A stretch of 63,426 nt of DNA, filler included, from Octopus bimaculoides (taxonomy: Eukaryota), in the NCBI RefSeq assembly GCF_001194135.2. It is 7 parts of 6 records of this genome, joined end to end, with 100 filler letters (N's around TTAATTAATTAA, not from the genome) between each part and the next. Parts side by side here need not be neighbours in the genome. Positions count along the whole stretch, not along the records: positions 26,630 to 50,867 come from NC_068989.1; 6 more parts are not named here. The stretch is one strand, 5' to 3'. The position numbers were made by a program, and so were the translations under genes. The notes beneath the pieces were generated by a model. It was not told the DNA's origin, ran no database searches, and saw only the letters and a program-made list of their open reading frames with translations. Within the stretch, counting starts at the first letter, position 1; each line of letters begins with the position of its first letter. Positions 36,502-50,039 of the stretch are shown one piece after another.

Positions 36502-38349
36502 GTAAGTCACTTATTTTGAATCTTTATACTAATTTGCCTGTTTTTTTTTTTTTAAATTTATATGTGAATGCTTTTGTCAGGCATAAGAAATTTATAGTTA
36601 CCATTTTCCAGTTCAGTATATGTGTTTGTTGCTCCTTTCTTTCTAGAAGTATTAACCTTTAGTCATCATCAGCAACAATAGCAGTTATGAATTGTTTGCT
36701 CCCTCAGTTTACCTGGTATTCAGTTACTATTAAGAAGGCAAGAAGGTTGTGATGTATGATCAAGATGATTGGAGTTATTGCCTTCTCATATACCTTGATT
36801 AAAAGAACCTTGATTTCACTTAGATGCCTTGAGCAAAATTAACTCCATTTACAACCTATAACAATAAAGAAACGAAAGTGTTTGACGTATTTTTCAGCTT
36901 TTAAAACTGGAAAGAAATGAAGCCAACATACTTTGTTGCATGAATGATGGGACAAATGAGATGAGAAATAAACTGGGTATGAAACTAACCAAGCATAGTG
37001 TGCTGGAGATAAGGCTGCACTTGTATTGGACTTGGAATGTGTATGGGGGATGACACTCAGAGTAGTTAGGACTGGTAGAAGAAGGAGACATGGTGAGACC
37101 AAGACCTGGTCTCAGGCTGTTGCATCTCACCATAGTTCATCTTTTAATTGCTGTCTCTTCTATTCACTCTCTTGTTCATGTTGCATTGAACAAATGAAGA
37201 CAATATAAAGCAGTTAGGCTGCTTCTGGCTTTACAGTCTGGGCTTGTGTTTCTTCCAGTGTCTGCTCTGTCTGTTGTTGTTTAGTCCCCAAGTCATCATT
37301 GATTGATTAGGTTACAATCAAATGCATTCCAGGTGTTGACATTCCACCTTTTTTGTATGCCTCGAACTACCTTGTCAAATATGTCCTTTCATTTTTCAGA
37401 TGGGCTATGGTTTGAGGGAGATTTGGTTGCTATCTCTTGTAGATTCAGCAACCACATAGAGGTTCTCTTGTGGATCTATTGTTTCATTGATTCATTCTAT
37501 GTCTGTAGGTTCAAAATCAAGAAAAGTAGGCTTCGTCTTGTGATAGTTGTTTTTCTTCATAGATTGTTTCAAGTGATGTTCATTAACATTACAGTAATTT
37601 AGACTCGTTGAGTTATTGATGGATCAAGATAAATGGGTGTGGTTAGTGCAGTTGGTGTTAATATAAAACAGGGGAGAAGGAGTTCGAGAAGGATGCAGTC
37701 ATTCATGGGTGGGGGAATAACAGTAAAATGTTTAGCAAAGAGATAATGCATGAAGCAAAACTGGGCCGATGAAAGGCAAATAGTTATTGCCTCAAATCTA
37801 TTTAGGTATAAATTTAACCCTTTTGTTAAAATACACAGCTTTGTTTTAATTTTTAAAATAATGGAAAATATATTAAAATAGCTTTGTCATTATTAAGCTG
37901 GTGTTTAGAACACAAGTTAACTTGGAATTTTGAGGCAAGGCTTTAATCTATATTACTGTAAAACAGGAAGTCTCTGGTGGGTTGGTATCAAAATGCTTAA
38001 GAGATTTTTTAATCTAGAGATCAAAACTTTTTTTGTCCTTTTCCACCTTGCCCCCTTTATCTTATCTCTAATGTTCTTTCCTTCCTCTGAAAATTGGTCA
38101 CACAAAAACAAGGTGACAGTGAAGCTAACACCAGTCCTTATATACTATTGCACTCAGCTTAGGAACAATAGGTGTAAGATACACAATACCTCAGTATCTT
38201 ATGAATACTGCTCTTAATAGTTAATTATTTCATGACTATATTTGATGGTAGCTTGAATAAGATTCAACTGCATTTTTCAGATAATGTCTTTGGCAACTTT
38301 CATTAAGCATATTTCTTTCTGGTGGTAATTCCAAGTGGGATGGTGTTTT

Positions 38350-38432
38350 GCCAAGCATGATTCAGTGGCCTAAAGTGTTGATTTTAGACATTGGTCTCTT
38401 TAGTTGTAAGGGTTCAAATCCCACTGTTGGCA
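38350..38432 (+). pseudogene. Decayed tRNA-Leu(UAG) in a PSMB2 intron
   Basis: 83 nt with GCCAA.../...GTTGGCA ends, TT-TAG-AC anticodon loop, long variable arm and GGTTCAAATCCCAC T-arm. Stems are broken mainly by C>T and G>A changes. Confidence 0.65.
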
Positions 38433-39039
38433 TTGGTTAAATATTTTCTCATTTAATCTATATGAGCATTGAAAGAAAAAAAAACCTGTTAAAATTATAA
38501 TGATTTGCCATTGGAGAAAATCTGTATATATCTGAGACTATGTTGTCATAAATCTGGCACCAGTGAGTATCTGGTGTTTATGTATGTTAAATATTAAAAG
38601 GCCAAACCATGATTGCTTTTATGATACATATGAACCATAGCTGAGCATTCTTTGGCAGTAGAATAATGCAAGAACAACTTAGATTTTATCAGAAATTAAT
38701 ACATTTCTTAAAAAACAAAACAAAGCAACAACTAAAAACAAACTTAAGTATGTATGTGTGTTTTGAAATTAATTCTTAGAATGATGACTAATTGGTTAAA
38801 GTGAACCAAAATCTTCCAAAAGCTATACTGATGTGTAAATCAGATGAAATTCCTGCCATCTTGTATTCTTCAACAGTGGAATGACTGATAAATTGGGAGT
38901 CAGCATGTGTATGTGTGTGAGTGTACATATTTTATGGAGTAAGTAACATCTTGAGTAATAAGGGTAGATTGAGTTGATTGCAGTGGGATTATCATTACCA
39001 GCAAAGGGTTATATACTACTTGTTTTATTTAATCCCATC

Positions 39040-39084
<45 letters not shown>

Positions 39085-39285
39085 GAAATTTACTGAAAAA
39101 CAAAAGACGAAGACAGGTGTATAAACAACAAACAAATGTATTAGTTTGACACTAGGGAAGATGAGAAAATCTTTTATGTTTCGAACCTGTGCTCTTCAAC
39201 AGAAAGGAACAGGTGGAAATAAACAGAGAGAGAATAAAAAAACTTGTGGAGTTAACAGTCAGTCATAGCGACATGGTGTGTGTAT

Positions 39286-39314
<29 letters not shown>

Positions 39315-39319
<5 letters not shown>

Positions 39320-39907
39320 CAGAAGTAAATAGACACCCTTATGATCATTAAAATTGATTGAAATCCGAAATTATACTTTCAAAATATTTATTAATTATTA
39401 TAAGGTGAATATCTAATATCTAGTAGTCATGCCCTTTGCATTTTTCAATGCAAGGGTCCTATAAGGCATGCTACTGAGCAGATGAGGAATAGTTGGCTAG
39501 TTGAAGAAGTGGCTTCCTTCTTGCTGCTCTGCCATAGCAGCCAAGTTTGTGGAGATACCCGACAGCTGTTCTGGAACTGACATCTACTTGTTCTGCTATA
39601 TCAGAGGCCTTGTAATGAGGCTTATCCTCCACACTTCACTTAACTAAGCAAAAGGTCTTGTCAAAGCAAAGGGTCTCGTCACCCTATTAACTGTAGAAAG
39701 TGGGATCCCAAGGTTTTCTGCAATTTTATACTGACTTAGTCCACTTTCAGATTGACCCACAATATGGCTTCTTTTGTATGTGGCTTGATTAAACTCGCAT
39801 ATAGAACCTGAAACATAAGAATGTCCATTAATAAAAAATATAAACCATTTCAAATTAAAATAAACATAAAACAATGTTTTATGGAGTGTCTATTTACTTC
39901 TGTCATG
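39315..39907 (-). mobile_element. Internally deleted Tc1-like element with 22-bp TIRs
   Basis: cacgacagaagtaaatagacac / gtgtctatttacttctgtcatg. Minus-strand HTH remnant [21 protein letters not shown]. Confidence 0.88.
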
Positions 39908-40400
39908 TCTGTGTATATGCAGGTGTGTCCGTGTAATTAAGAAGCTTGCTTCTTAATCATGTGGTTTCCATTCAGTACCACTGTACATCATCTTAGGCAA
40001 GTGCTTTCTGCTGTTGCCCTGTGTTGATTAAACCCATGTCAGTGGGTTTCATCAATGGAAACTGAAAGAGACCTACGTATATTCGTGTATATGTGTGTGT
40101 CCGTGTGTAGTCTTGACATTGAACATTTGTTTTTGTAAACAGGCTTCACTGTCATACAAGTGGTGTCGTTTGTTTCCAATGTTCCATAAAAATGAAAATG
40201 TGTCCCTCTGCAGAGAAATAGTATTTTGCTTGGGAGCAGGTGTGGGTTGGCAATGAGAAGGGCATCCAGTCGTATGAAACCTGCCTCAATAAACTTCTCC
40301 CGACTTATGCCAGAAGGGAAAATTGAATGTTAAATTGATAACGACATACATGTATCTATGAAACATTTGCACTGACATTATATAATCTCTTTTCTTACAG

Positions 40401-40563
40401 TCGCCATACAATGTGAATTTCCTACTGGCTGGGCATGATGGCACAGATGGCCCATCCTTGTTCTATATGGACTACTTGGCCTCTCTGTCTGAAGTCCCAT
40501 TTGCTGCCCATGGCTATGGAGCTTATTTTACCCTCAGCATCCTTGATCGTTACTATGATGAAG
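40401..40563 (+). CDS. PSMB2: PSMB2 internal exon (163 nt)
   Basis: cttacag|[54 protein letters not shown]|gtattt. Confidence 0.96.
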
Positions 40564-42086
40564 GTATTTCAAAACATTTTATCATTTCATGTGTCTCCTC
40601 TTCCCATCTTCTCTCTGTACTATTTATCTGTCTGTCTGTCTGTCTGCCAGCTTGCCTCTTTGTCTTTCTCACTTTGTCATTGTTTTCCTCTTCCTCTAAA
40701 TTTTCATATATCTTTCCCTCTAATTGACTATATATCTCTCTTTCAATCTCCATCTCTTTCTGTCATCTTAACTTTTTTTATATTAACGTTTGTCTCTTTG
40801 TTTCTTCTTTTTTTTTTTCTTTTCTCTCCTTCTCTCAAGGAAGACAATAGACTAACTGTACCAAATTTATCTTACTCACGCACGTGTGCGTGCAGCTGTG
40901 TGATTGGGAGGTTTGCTTGCCAACCCTGTGATTTCACTTTCAGTCCTGCTGCATGGCATCTTGGCAAGTGTCTTCTGTTGTAGCCTTGAGTTAATCAAAG
41001 TCTTCTGAGTGGATTTGGTAGATGGGACCTGTGCTGGCATGTTGTCTTAACCATCACTGTTAGTTGTAAACAAATGATGTTATTTGCTTCCAGTTTCCCA
41101 TGTCTGGCCAAGCAAACTTCTTAATGTCACAGCCATGTCTATGTCTATAATATATGTATAAGAAAATTAAGACCATGAAATATGAAGCAGCAACAACATA
41201 ATTTCTTGTATAGTTTGTTGGTGGGTGATTTCCTACTATGAAATGCAGTAAAGCCAGTTATGACTAGTCTCAACAAACAGCATTGTTTCGTATCAGCTGG
41301 ATTTTACTTGACTTAATTGTTGTATTTCATTCCTCCAGCCTCAGTTATATAAAGGTCAACCCAGATCCAGCAGACCTATTTATTCAGCTGCAACATTCTT
41401 AACTGTGTTTCAGTGCTAGGTAGTTGTTTGTTTTGCAGTTACTCTTTTTATTATATGCTTATTTTTTAATTTTATATTTCAGAGATTTTAGTGTTGTAAT
41501 TCTGTCATTGCTTGTGTTATCCTCTATACACTGTCATTAGCACACCAGCTAAAAAATATTGTTCTGTCTGTGTGTTTGCTTGTTTCTCTGTTTGTCTGTC
41601 TTATTAGTAACTGGCTTTCAGACAGGGAAAGAAATGTTATATCCTGGAAGGATTTATTAAAGTACGTAGTTCATTCATAACCGCCACACCTTGTTGAGTA
41701 TAGGACTGACTGTTGCATTAGTGCTATATATATATATGTATGTGCGTGTGTGTATTGTGAGACTTGTTTTTCATGTTAGCACAATTTCAAGGGAAGGGCA
41801 TACACTTATGAAATATGTTTTATAGTTGGATTCTAAATACATAAGAGGTAAAATGAGAGGTGGAGAGTAAACTAGTGTGTACGTAGTAAATTTGGCATAT
41901 ATTTGAGTTCAACAGTCTCTCTCTCTCTCTCACGCTCCCCCCCCCCCACACCGTTTTTGAAGGAGTGTTTTGTGGTTGGATGCAGTTCCTGTTGCCAACA
42001 CTTTTAGTTGCCTCTCTGGACATACAGGGATACTGTGTACCAGTTCTAAAACCCAGAACACTCATACATATAAATATGTATGTGCT

Positions 42087-42130
<44 letters not shown>

Positions 42131-43495
42131 TAATATATATATATATTCGAAACATCAGGTTAGAATAGAGGCAGCTGATGNNNNNNNNNNNNNNNNNNNN
42201 NNNNNNNNNNNNNNNNNNNNNNNNNNNNNNNNNNNNNNNNNNNNNNNNNNNNNNNNNNNNNNNNNNNNNNNNNNNNNNNNNNNNNNNNNNNNNNNNNNNN
42301 NNNNNNNNNNNNNNNNNNNNNNNNNNNNNNNNNNNNNNNNNNNNNNNNNNNNNNNNNNNNNNNNNNNNNNNNNNNNNNNNNNNNNNNNNNNNNNNNNNNN
42401 NNNNNNNNNNNNNNNNNNNNNNNNNNNNNNNNNNNNNNNNNNNNNNNNNNNNNNNNNNNNNNNNNNNNNNNNNNNNNNNNNNNNNNNNNNNNNNNNNNNN
42501 NNNNNNNNNNNNNNNNNNNNNNNNNNNNNNNNNNNNNNNNNNNNNNNNNNNNNNNNNNNNNNNNNNNNNNNNNNNNNNNNNNNNNNNNNNNNNNNNNNNN
42601 NNNNNNNNNNNNNNNNNNNNNNNNNNNNNNNNNNNNNNNNNNNNNNNNNNNNNNNNNNNNNNNNNNNNNNNNNNNNNNNNNNNNNNNNNNNNNNNNNNNN
42701 NNNNNNNNNNNNNNNNNNNNNNNNNNNNNNNNNNNNNNNNNNNNNNNNNNNNNNNNNNNNNNNNNNNNNNNNNNNNNNNNNNNNNNNNNNNNNNNNNNNN
42801 NNNNNNNNNNNNNNNNNNNNNNTGGGCGTTGTGAGTGTTTATTGAGCGAAAACACCTAAAGCTCCACGAGGCTCCGGCAGGGGGTGGTGGCGAACCCTGT
42901 TGTACTCTTTCGCCACGATTTTCTTTGACTCTATCTTCCTGTTTCTGTTGTACCTGTATTTCAAAGGGCCAGCCTTGTCACACTCTGTGTCACGCTGAAT
43001 ATCCCCCGAGAACTACGTTAAGGGCACACGTGTCTGTGGAGTTCTCAGCCACTTGCATGTTAATTTCAAGAGCAGGCTGTTCTGTTGATCGGATCAACTG
43101 GAACCCTCGACGTCGTAAGCGACGGAGTGCCAGCAACAACAACATAAATGTTTTTTTGTTTGTATAAACTACATGTTGATTGATGTCATTATACCACTAA
43201 TTATCGAAATGATCATAACTAACTAATAAATGTCGTAGCATGATCTGTGATGGATGATACACCAACATCATGATTGGTGTGTTTCCCTGGATTTACAGTT
43301 TTTATGGTATGATCTTTTGGAAACTGAATACAAATTCAATTTTCCTTCCTTTTACATTGTCTCCCTGGATATTGCATGAGTGATTAGTGAGGTACTCACC
43401 TGGATTTCTTAAATTCCTGATCTCTTATATAGTAACGAATACCCATAGCTGTGTGGTTAAGAATTTTGCTTCTGAACCATGTAATTAGGGTACAT

Positions 43496-43780
43496 TATTT
43501 ACATTTGATGGATATTTGTCCTCATCTTGTTTGTTAACACAATGTTTCGGCTGATAAACCCTCCGTAGTGGTTAAGAGCACGGGCTACTAACCCCAAGAT
43601 TCCGAGTTTGATTCCAGGCAGTGACCTGAATAATAGTAATAATAATAATAATAACATCGAAAAATACCGTAAGAATGAGAACCCAGGTTCGAAATTTACC
43701 TAGACACCTGATGAAGGCTGGAGGGTATATCAGGCAAAATAATGTAAATAATTCCTCATCTCTTAAATATAGAACTGCAT
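43496..43780 (+). mobile_element. tRNA-headed short element with a hammerhead-like 3' module and an inverted copy of that module at its 5' side
   Basis: tRNA-like 43564-43626 (TAGTGGTTAAG, GAGTTTGATTCC). gacacCTGATGAaggctggagggtatatcagg at 43703-43734. The reverse complement of about 43533-43564 supplies ggagggtttatcagccGAAACattgtgttaac. Confidence 0.7.
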
Positions 43781-43879
43781 GTAATTAGGGGTTCAGGCCT
43801 CTTGCATGAATGTTGTTGGTTAACATTTTCTACTATAGCTCTGTGCCAACCAATATCTTGTGAGTGAAATTTATCCTCC

Positions 43880-45290
43880 TCCTCCTCATCATCATCATCA
43901 TCATCATCTAACGTCTGTTTTTCTTGATGGCATGGATTGGACAGTTTGACAGAAGCTGGCAAGCTGAAGAGCTGAACCAGGCTCCAATTGTCTGTTTTGG
44001 CTTGGTTTCTACGGCTGGATGCTCTTTCTAATGCCAACCACTTTACAGGGATGTTTTAGGTACTTTTTATGTGTCACCTACATTTGCAGGGTTACCAGTG
44101 CAAGACAAAGACCTTTCAGCTGAGAGAGGGAGTGAAACTCAGAGAAGTGGCTGTGTGTTTTTCATGTGACACCAGCAGGGATGCTTTTTACATTGTGCAA
44201 GCACAGGTGCATTTTTGTGACACCAGTGCCCCCAGGGTCTCCAAGTAGCTTGTAAGACAAACACCTCTCAGGTGAGAGAGAGAGTGGAACCGAGAGAAGT
44301 TGTGTGCCGGACAGGAGACTAGAGTATGATAGAGGGACAGAGATAGCCCTCTTACTATAGAGAAGATACTTGGCTATCTCTGTAGGACAAGGAAGGAGAG
44401 GAAGGTGGGAGAGAGTCCAAAGAAAGGGATAGGGAGACAGTCAGAGTGTGAGAGAGAGAGAGAGAGAGCCTACCTGCAGTGAACAATGGAGGTAGTATAA
44501 GTAATATAGGGAGGATAGAGGGGGATGTTCCATAGGAGTGTGAGAGATGTTTTAGAGATAGCAAGCGATGTTGAGAGGAATTGGAAGAGGCTGGGAAGGA
44601 GGCATGGAAAAGAAGAGTGGAGTGGCCTGTAGTGGGTGGTGCATGTGTGGGGAAGATGGGTTGTGGGGGAGTTTTGACAGAGGACAGAATTGTGAGTGTG
44701 AAGTGGGGAATGGCCATAAAGACATGCCTGTATAAATGAATGGCCATGATATTACTTAGCTTGCTGTCTCCCCTCAAGCACAGTAAATCACCATAAGTTT
44801 CACCACATCTTCTTGGGTTTACCCATTGCATAGGTTTCCTCTACAATTAGAGACCAACACTTCTTTATGCAGCTGTTCTCATCCATATGCATCACATGAT
44901 CATACCAGCAGTTTTCTCTCTAGCACACTACATCCGATGCCTCTTATGCCCAATTTTTCACTTAGATAATTTATACTCTGTTGTACATGCACACTGACAT
45001 TATCCACCCAGTGGAGCATGCTGACTTCATTTCTTTCAAGCCTTCACTTCTTTCAAGCCTTCACTTCTTTCAAGCCTTCACATGTCCTCTGTTGTCATAG
45101 CCCATGTTTCACTGCTATCTAGCATAGCTGTTCATACACAGGTATCATACAATCTGCCTTTCAGTCTGCCGGAGAGACCTTTTGTCACCAACAAAACTAG
45201 TAGCTCTCTGAACTCTGCCCTAATTCTAGCAACAATGCGTTCAGAGCTTCTTCCACTGCTAACTTGGTGGCCTAGGTAGTAGAAGCTGTA
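43880..45290 (-). mobile_element. Degenerate RTE-like LINE 3' fragment
   Basis: (GAT)n tail and family 3' end at 43880-44100. 44760-45290 is similar to 23200-23650. Includes a local 18-bp triplication at 45024-45081. Confidence 0.75.
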
Positions 45291-45635
45291 TATTACTGCT
45301 AAGGACCCCACAGGACATTTGAAGAAGTCTACATTCTTACTGCAGACTCAAATTGAAGAATTTTGTCATATGTATGACAAATATGTTTTCATAGTTCCAA
45401 ATTTTCAGTCAAATTTCTCTAGAGATCAACCAATGCCTTGTGGTTAGATTTCTGTTATTCTTAGCAAGTTTTGTGTTCAGAATTTTGTGTTGAGAAGAAA
45501 TCTTGTTTTTAGCCTCATTTTAAAGTGCAGCAACAGGATGCTTTTTGTGAAATATAATAACAGTGCAATATGAAACCTCATTTTGAATAAATATATATGT
45601 ATATGGGAAGAAATAGATAGATAGATGTATGTGTG

Positions 45636-45691
<56 letters not shown>

Positions 45692-45807
45692 NNNNNNNNN
45701 NGTGTGTGTGTGCATGTGTATATATATATATATATGCATATATATATGTGTGTGTATATATACATATATACACTATATATATATGTATATATATATGTAT
45801 ATATATG

Positions 45808-45838
<31 letters not shown>

Positions 45839-45849
45839 GTATATATATG

Positions 45850-45900
<51 letters not shown>

Positions 45901-45947
45901 GTATATATATATATGTATATATATGTATATATATGTATATATATATG

Positions 45948-45978
<31 letters not shown>

Positions 45979-46135
45979 GCATATGTATATATATATGCAT
46001 ATGTATATGTATATATATGTGTATATATGTATGTATATGTATGTATGTGTATATATATATATATGTATATATATGTATGTGTATATATATGTATGTATAT
46101 ATATATATGTGTGTATATATGTATGTGTATATATA
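45692..46135. repeat. Long degenerate (TA)n/(TATATG)n microsatellite
   Basis: Direct reading. It is the source of the YI-repeat ORFs. Confidence 0.95.
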
Positions 46136-48612
46136 AATTCTGTCTGACCCATGCAAAAATGGATAAGTGATGTGTGTGTGTGTGTGTGTGCTGTTAACAT
46201 ATATCAAATGATGATGAAAAGTGTATTTTAATGATATATTTGTAATATTTACTTTTATTATAAATGTATATTTTCTTCATTTAACATTTGTTTGTAATGA
46301 TTTCTTAGTAAAAATCCTTATACTCCATCTAAGATAATATATGGAGATGAATCCCCTGGGAATAGGAAGATGGTGATAGTTGCATGTCTTTTTCAACATG
46401 CATCAGTGATATAGAATTTAGATAATCTCAACTAAGAATTGGAATTAAGTTTTGAGTCACTCTGAATCCTTAACACCACTACCACCACCACCACCACCAC
46501 CACCACCACCACCACCACCACCAAACTTATATATATATATCTATGTATATTTTGTTCTTGATTTCAAAGTCCCTTTGCATTCTCTGTTGCCAGCTGGTGT
46601 GCTGGCATTTAGAGTGATAAGCTGAAATACTTAAGCATTTGCTGAAGGACTTTCCAAGCTTACTACCAGTTTTGCTAGCTCCCAAGGGGGAACCATATTT
46701 TCTTCTTCTTCTTTTTTTTTTTTTTTTTTTTTTCCCCATTACTTTAGTGAAAGGAGATGAGATTTGAACCTGGAATGTACAGAGCTGAAGCAGATACTGT
46801 GAGGCATCACATCTGACACTCTGATGGTGGTGATGGAGATTGGGATGTACTTCATTGGGTCTCTCACCCAGTATATTTCTGCCAAATTTCTATCTCCTAC
46901 TCCTCATTCATTATCACCTTCTCATGTGTAACTCAGTAGAGTAGGTGGGGAGTCCTGTGAGGACAGAAAAAAGGAAATTATTATCATTATCATCATCATC
47001 ACTGTTTAATGTACATTTTCCATGCTGGTATGGATTGGACAGTTTCACAGGAACTGACAAGCCATGACGACTGTGCCAAGCTCCAATGTTTGCTTGTGCG
47101 TGGTTTCTATGGCTGAATGCCCTTCCTAGTATCAACCAGTTCACAGAGCATACTTGGTGCTTTTTTATATGGCACTGACACTAGTAAGGTCACCAAGTAA
47201 CTTGCAAGACAATATCCCTCCATTGAGGAGAGTGTAGTTTGGTAGGAGGTGGCTTTATGTCATGTTATGAGAGGTTAAATTATGATAAACGGAAACAGAA
47301 ACAGATGTATCTGCTCTAATAGTTTTAAACTTTTAAACATGTCCAGCACCATGGCTAAAACGGAAGAATTATACAGATGTTAATTCTGTTCTGCTTCTAT
47401 CTTCCCATTAATGAAAAATGGAGCATGAGGGATAGAAGAAATTTTATCGAATAATTTTTTTGTGATGGGGGTTACTATTTGCCAGTTTTGAGAGACATTG
47501 CTCTATCCTAATCATTGTACCACACTGTCCGTGTAATGAAAGAATGTATTTGACCCGTTGATATTGAATCTCTCCACCAGCTCCTGTTATCATTATCACT
47601 CTACCTCTCTCTCTCTTTTATCATTGCTCCACTATCACTGTACTTTTCTTCCATCTTGATGCCTGTGTAATGAAGGATGACCTTGGATCTATCCGTATCA
47701 AGTATTTTCTACCATTAGTCATCATTCTCTCTTCCGCATGCTACTCTCACTCTCAACCAATCCTTCATTAACTCTCGCCAACTACCTTTTCCACTTATAT
47801 TCTTTTTGTGAATCTTAAAGCACAAGATAACAAATTTTTGAACTAAAAACACCATGACCTAAAACTGATGCACCCAAATGAACACACCCAATCACATTCT
47901 TACATGCCTGACGGAACTCTGGACAGTAGCTTCAGTCTTCCAGAAACAGGTCAGATCTGAATAACACCAACAAGTAAAGAAATCTGCTTCCCAACTGACC
48001 TTTCCACCTGCTTACATTCTTTTATGAATCCTTTGAAAATCCATGATTATGGTGTGTCAGCTGACACACCTGATACCAAGGTTCTACATGCATTACTTAT
48101 TTCAGAATAATAACACAACTCCAAATTTAACCAATACTAATCTTCTATGATATCTTTTCATCTGAATCTACCCCTCCCAACCTAGTTATTCAACAAAGCT
48201 CCACCTACTTCAAATAAATTAAACTTACCAGACACTGTATAAAGTCAAGATCAGTTCCAATGTAATGCAGTCCGATGAAGGCTAAGCAGGCTGACACTTC
48301 AAGGTTTCTGGCAACATTATTCTTGTTAAATTCTGCCTTAACAAATCGCATCTGACCCATGTGAGCATGGAAAAGAGGACATTAAGATGGTGGTGGTCAT
48401 GGAAATGATGATGGTGATGATGATATACATGTGTGTCTGCATGCGCACGTGCGCGCGAGCATACACAGTAATCAAATATATTTATATATAATCTCTAATT
48501 CAATTAATGTTTGAATTTATTGCTATTTATTAGTAATACCATTAAAATAATATCTTTCTCAATTTACATGACTTTGATTTACATGGTGACTTGTGGAACT
48601 GGCTAAGGGACA

Positions 48613-48671
<59 letters not shown>

Positions 48672-49319
48672 NNNNNNNNNNNNNNNNNNNNNNNNNNNNN
48701 NNNNNNNNNNNNNNNNNNNNNNNNNNNNNNNNNNNNNNNNNNNNNNNNNNNNNNNNNNNNNNNNNNNNNNNNNNNNNNNNNNNNNNNNNNNNNNNNNNNN
48801 NNNNNNNNNNNNNNNNNNNNNNNNNNNNNNNNNNNNNNNNNNNNNNNNNNNNNNNNNNNNNNNNNNNNNNNNNNNNNNNNNNNNNNNNNNNNNNNNNNNN
48901 NNNNNNNNNNNNNNNNNNNNNNNNNNNNNNNNNNNNNNNNNNNNNNNNNNNNNNNNNNNNNNNNNNNNNNNNNNNNNNNNNNNNNNNNNNNNNNNNNNNN
49001 NNNNNNNNNNNNNNNNNNNNNNNNNNNNNNNNNNNNNNNNNNNNNNNNNNNNNNNNNNNNNNNNNNNNNNNNNNNNNNNNNNNNNNNNNNNNNNNNNNNN
49101 NNNNNNNNNNNNNNNNNNNNNNNNNNNNNNNNNNNNNNNNNNNNNNNNNNNNNNNNNNNNNNNNNNNNNNNNNNNNNNNNNNNNNNNNNNNNNNNNNNNN
49201 NNNNNNNNNNNNNNNNNNNNNNNNNNNNNNNNNNNNNNNNNNNNNNNNNNNNNNNNNNNNNNNNNNNNNNNNNNNNNNNNNNNNNNNNNNNNNNNNNNNN
49301 NNNNNNNNNNNNNNNNNNN

Positions 49320-49368
<49 letters not shown>

Positions 49369-49490
49369 GATATATATATACATATATATAGATATATAAA
49401 GTTTAATTTTCTTATAAAGTATGTTTTTAAGTAGGCTTCACAATATATGGACTGTATCAAGAAGTGCTCATTGTGAGCTAAATCGAAGGG

Positions 49491-49757
49491 TAAAGGAAAT
49501 TATAGAAGGAGCACATCTAGGCAATCAATACAAATTCCAAAGCATAATTTAAAACACACAATGAAAGAAATAGACATATACATTTATAAATCAGTAAACA
49601 AAATTACATGTAAAAGTCATATATGAAAACTATGCACATATGACTTTTACATGTAATTTTGTTTACTGATTTATAAATTTATATGTCTATTTCATTCGTT
49701 GTGTGCTTTAGAATTTGTACTGATTGCTTAGATGTGCTCCTTCTATAATTTCCCTTA
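49491..49757. repeat. About 267-bp foldback (long imperfect hairpin)
   Basis: ggaaattatagaaggagcacatcta.gcaatca.tacaaattc...tcagtaaacaaaattacatgtaaaagtcatat and its reverse complement, with a loop of about 12 nt. Confidence 0.9.
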
Positions 49758-49950
49758 TTCTTATATATATATATATATATATATATATTGATAGAAAGGA
49801 CAACAAAAGAAAGAAAGAGACGTCGATATTATGTAAATAGAGGAATTTATCTGTAAAAATATGACACTTATTCGGTTGCCATGATAAAACTTCAGCATCC
49901 GAAACTCGGAGTTTTATCATGCCTACCAAATAAGTGTCACATATTTTTAC

Positions 49951-49995
<45 letters not shown>

Positions 49996-50039
49996 CACAT
50001 ACTTGTCCCTCCTTGTGCCGTTTTTTTGTTGTTGAGTAT

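Noticed and set aside
5546-40563. IL17 plus proteasome subunit as an immune or MHC-like gene cluster
   Set aside because: They lie in different linker-separated contigs, and PSMB2 is a constitutive subunit. The linkage is unsupported.
40413-40727. 104-aa ORF as a standalone proteasome-like gene
   Set aside because: It is a PSMB2 exon reading through the donor at 40564 into a CT-rich intron.
41622-41661. 40-nt AG/GT-bounded segment as PSMB2 exon 5
   Set aside because: The peptide (DRERNVISWKDLL) does not resemble PSMB2, and its size and exit phase do not fit.
44355-44831. 158-aa minus-strand ORF
   Set aside because: It lies within an RTE LINE 3' region plus a CT repeat; not a host gene.
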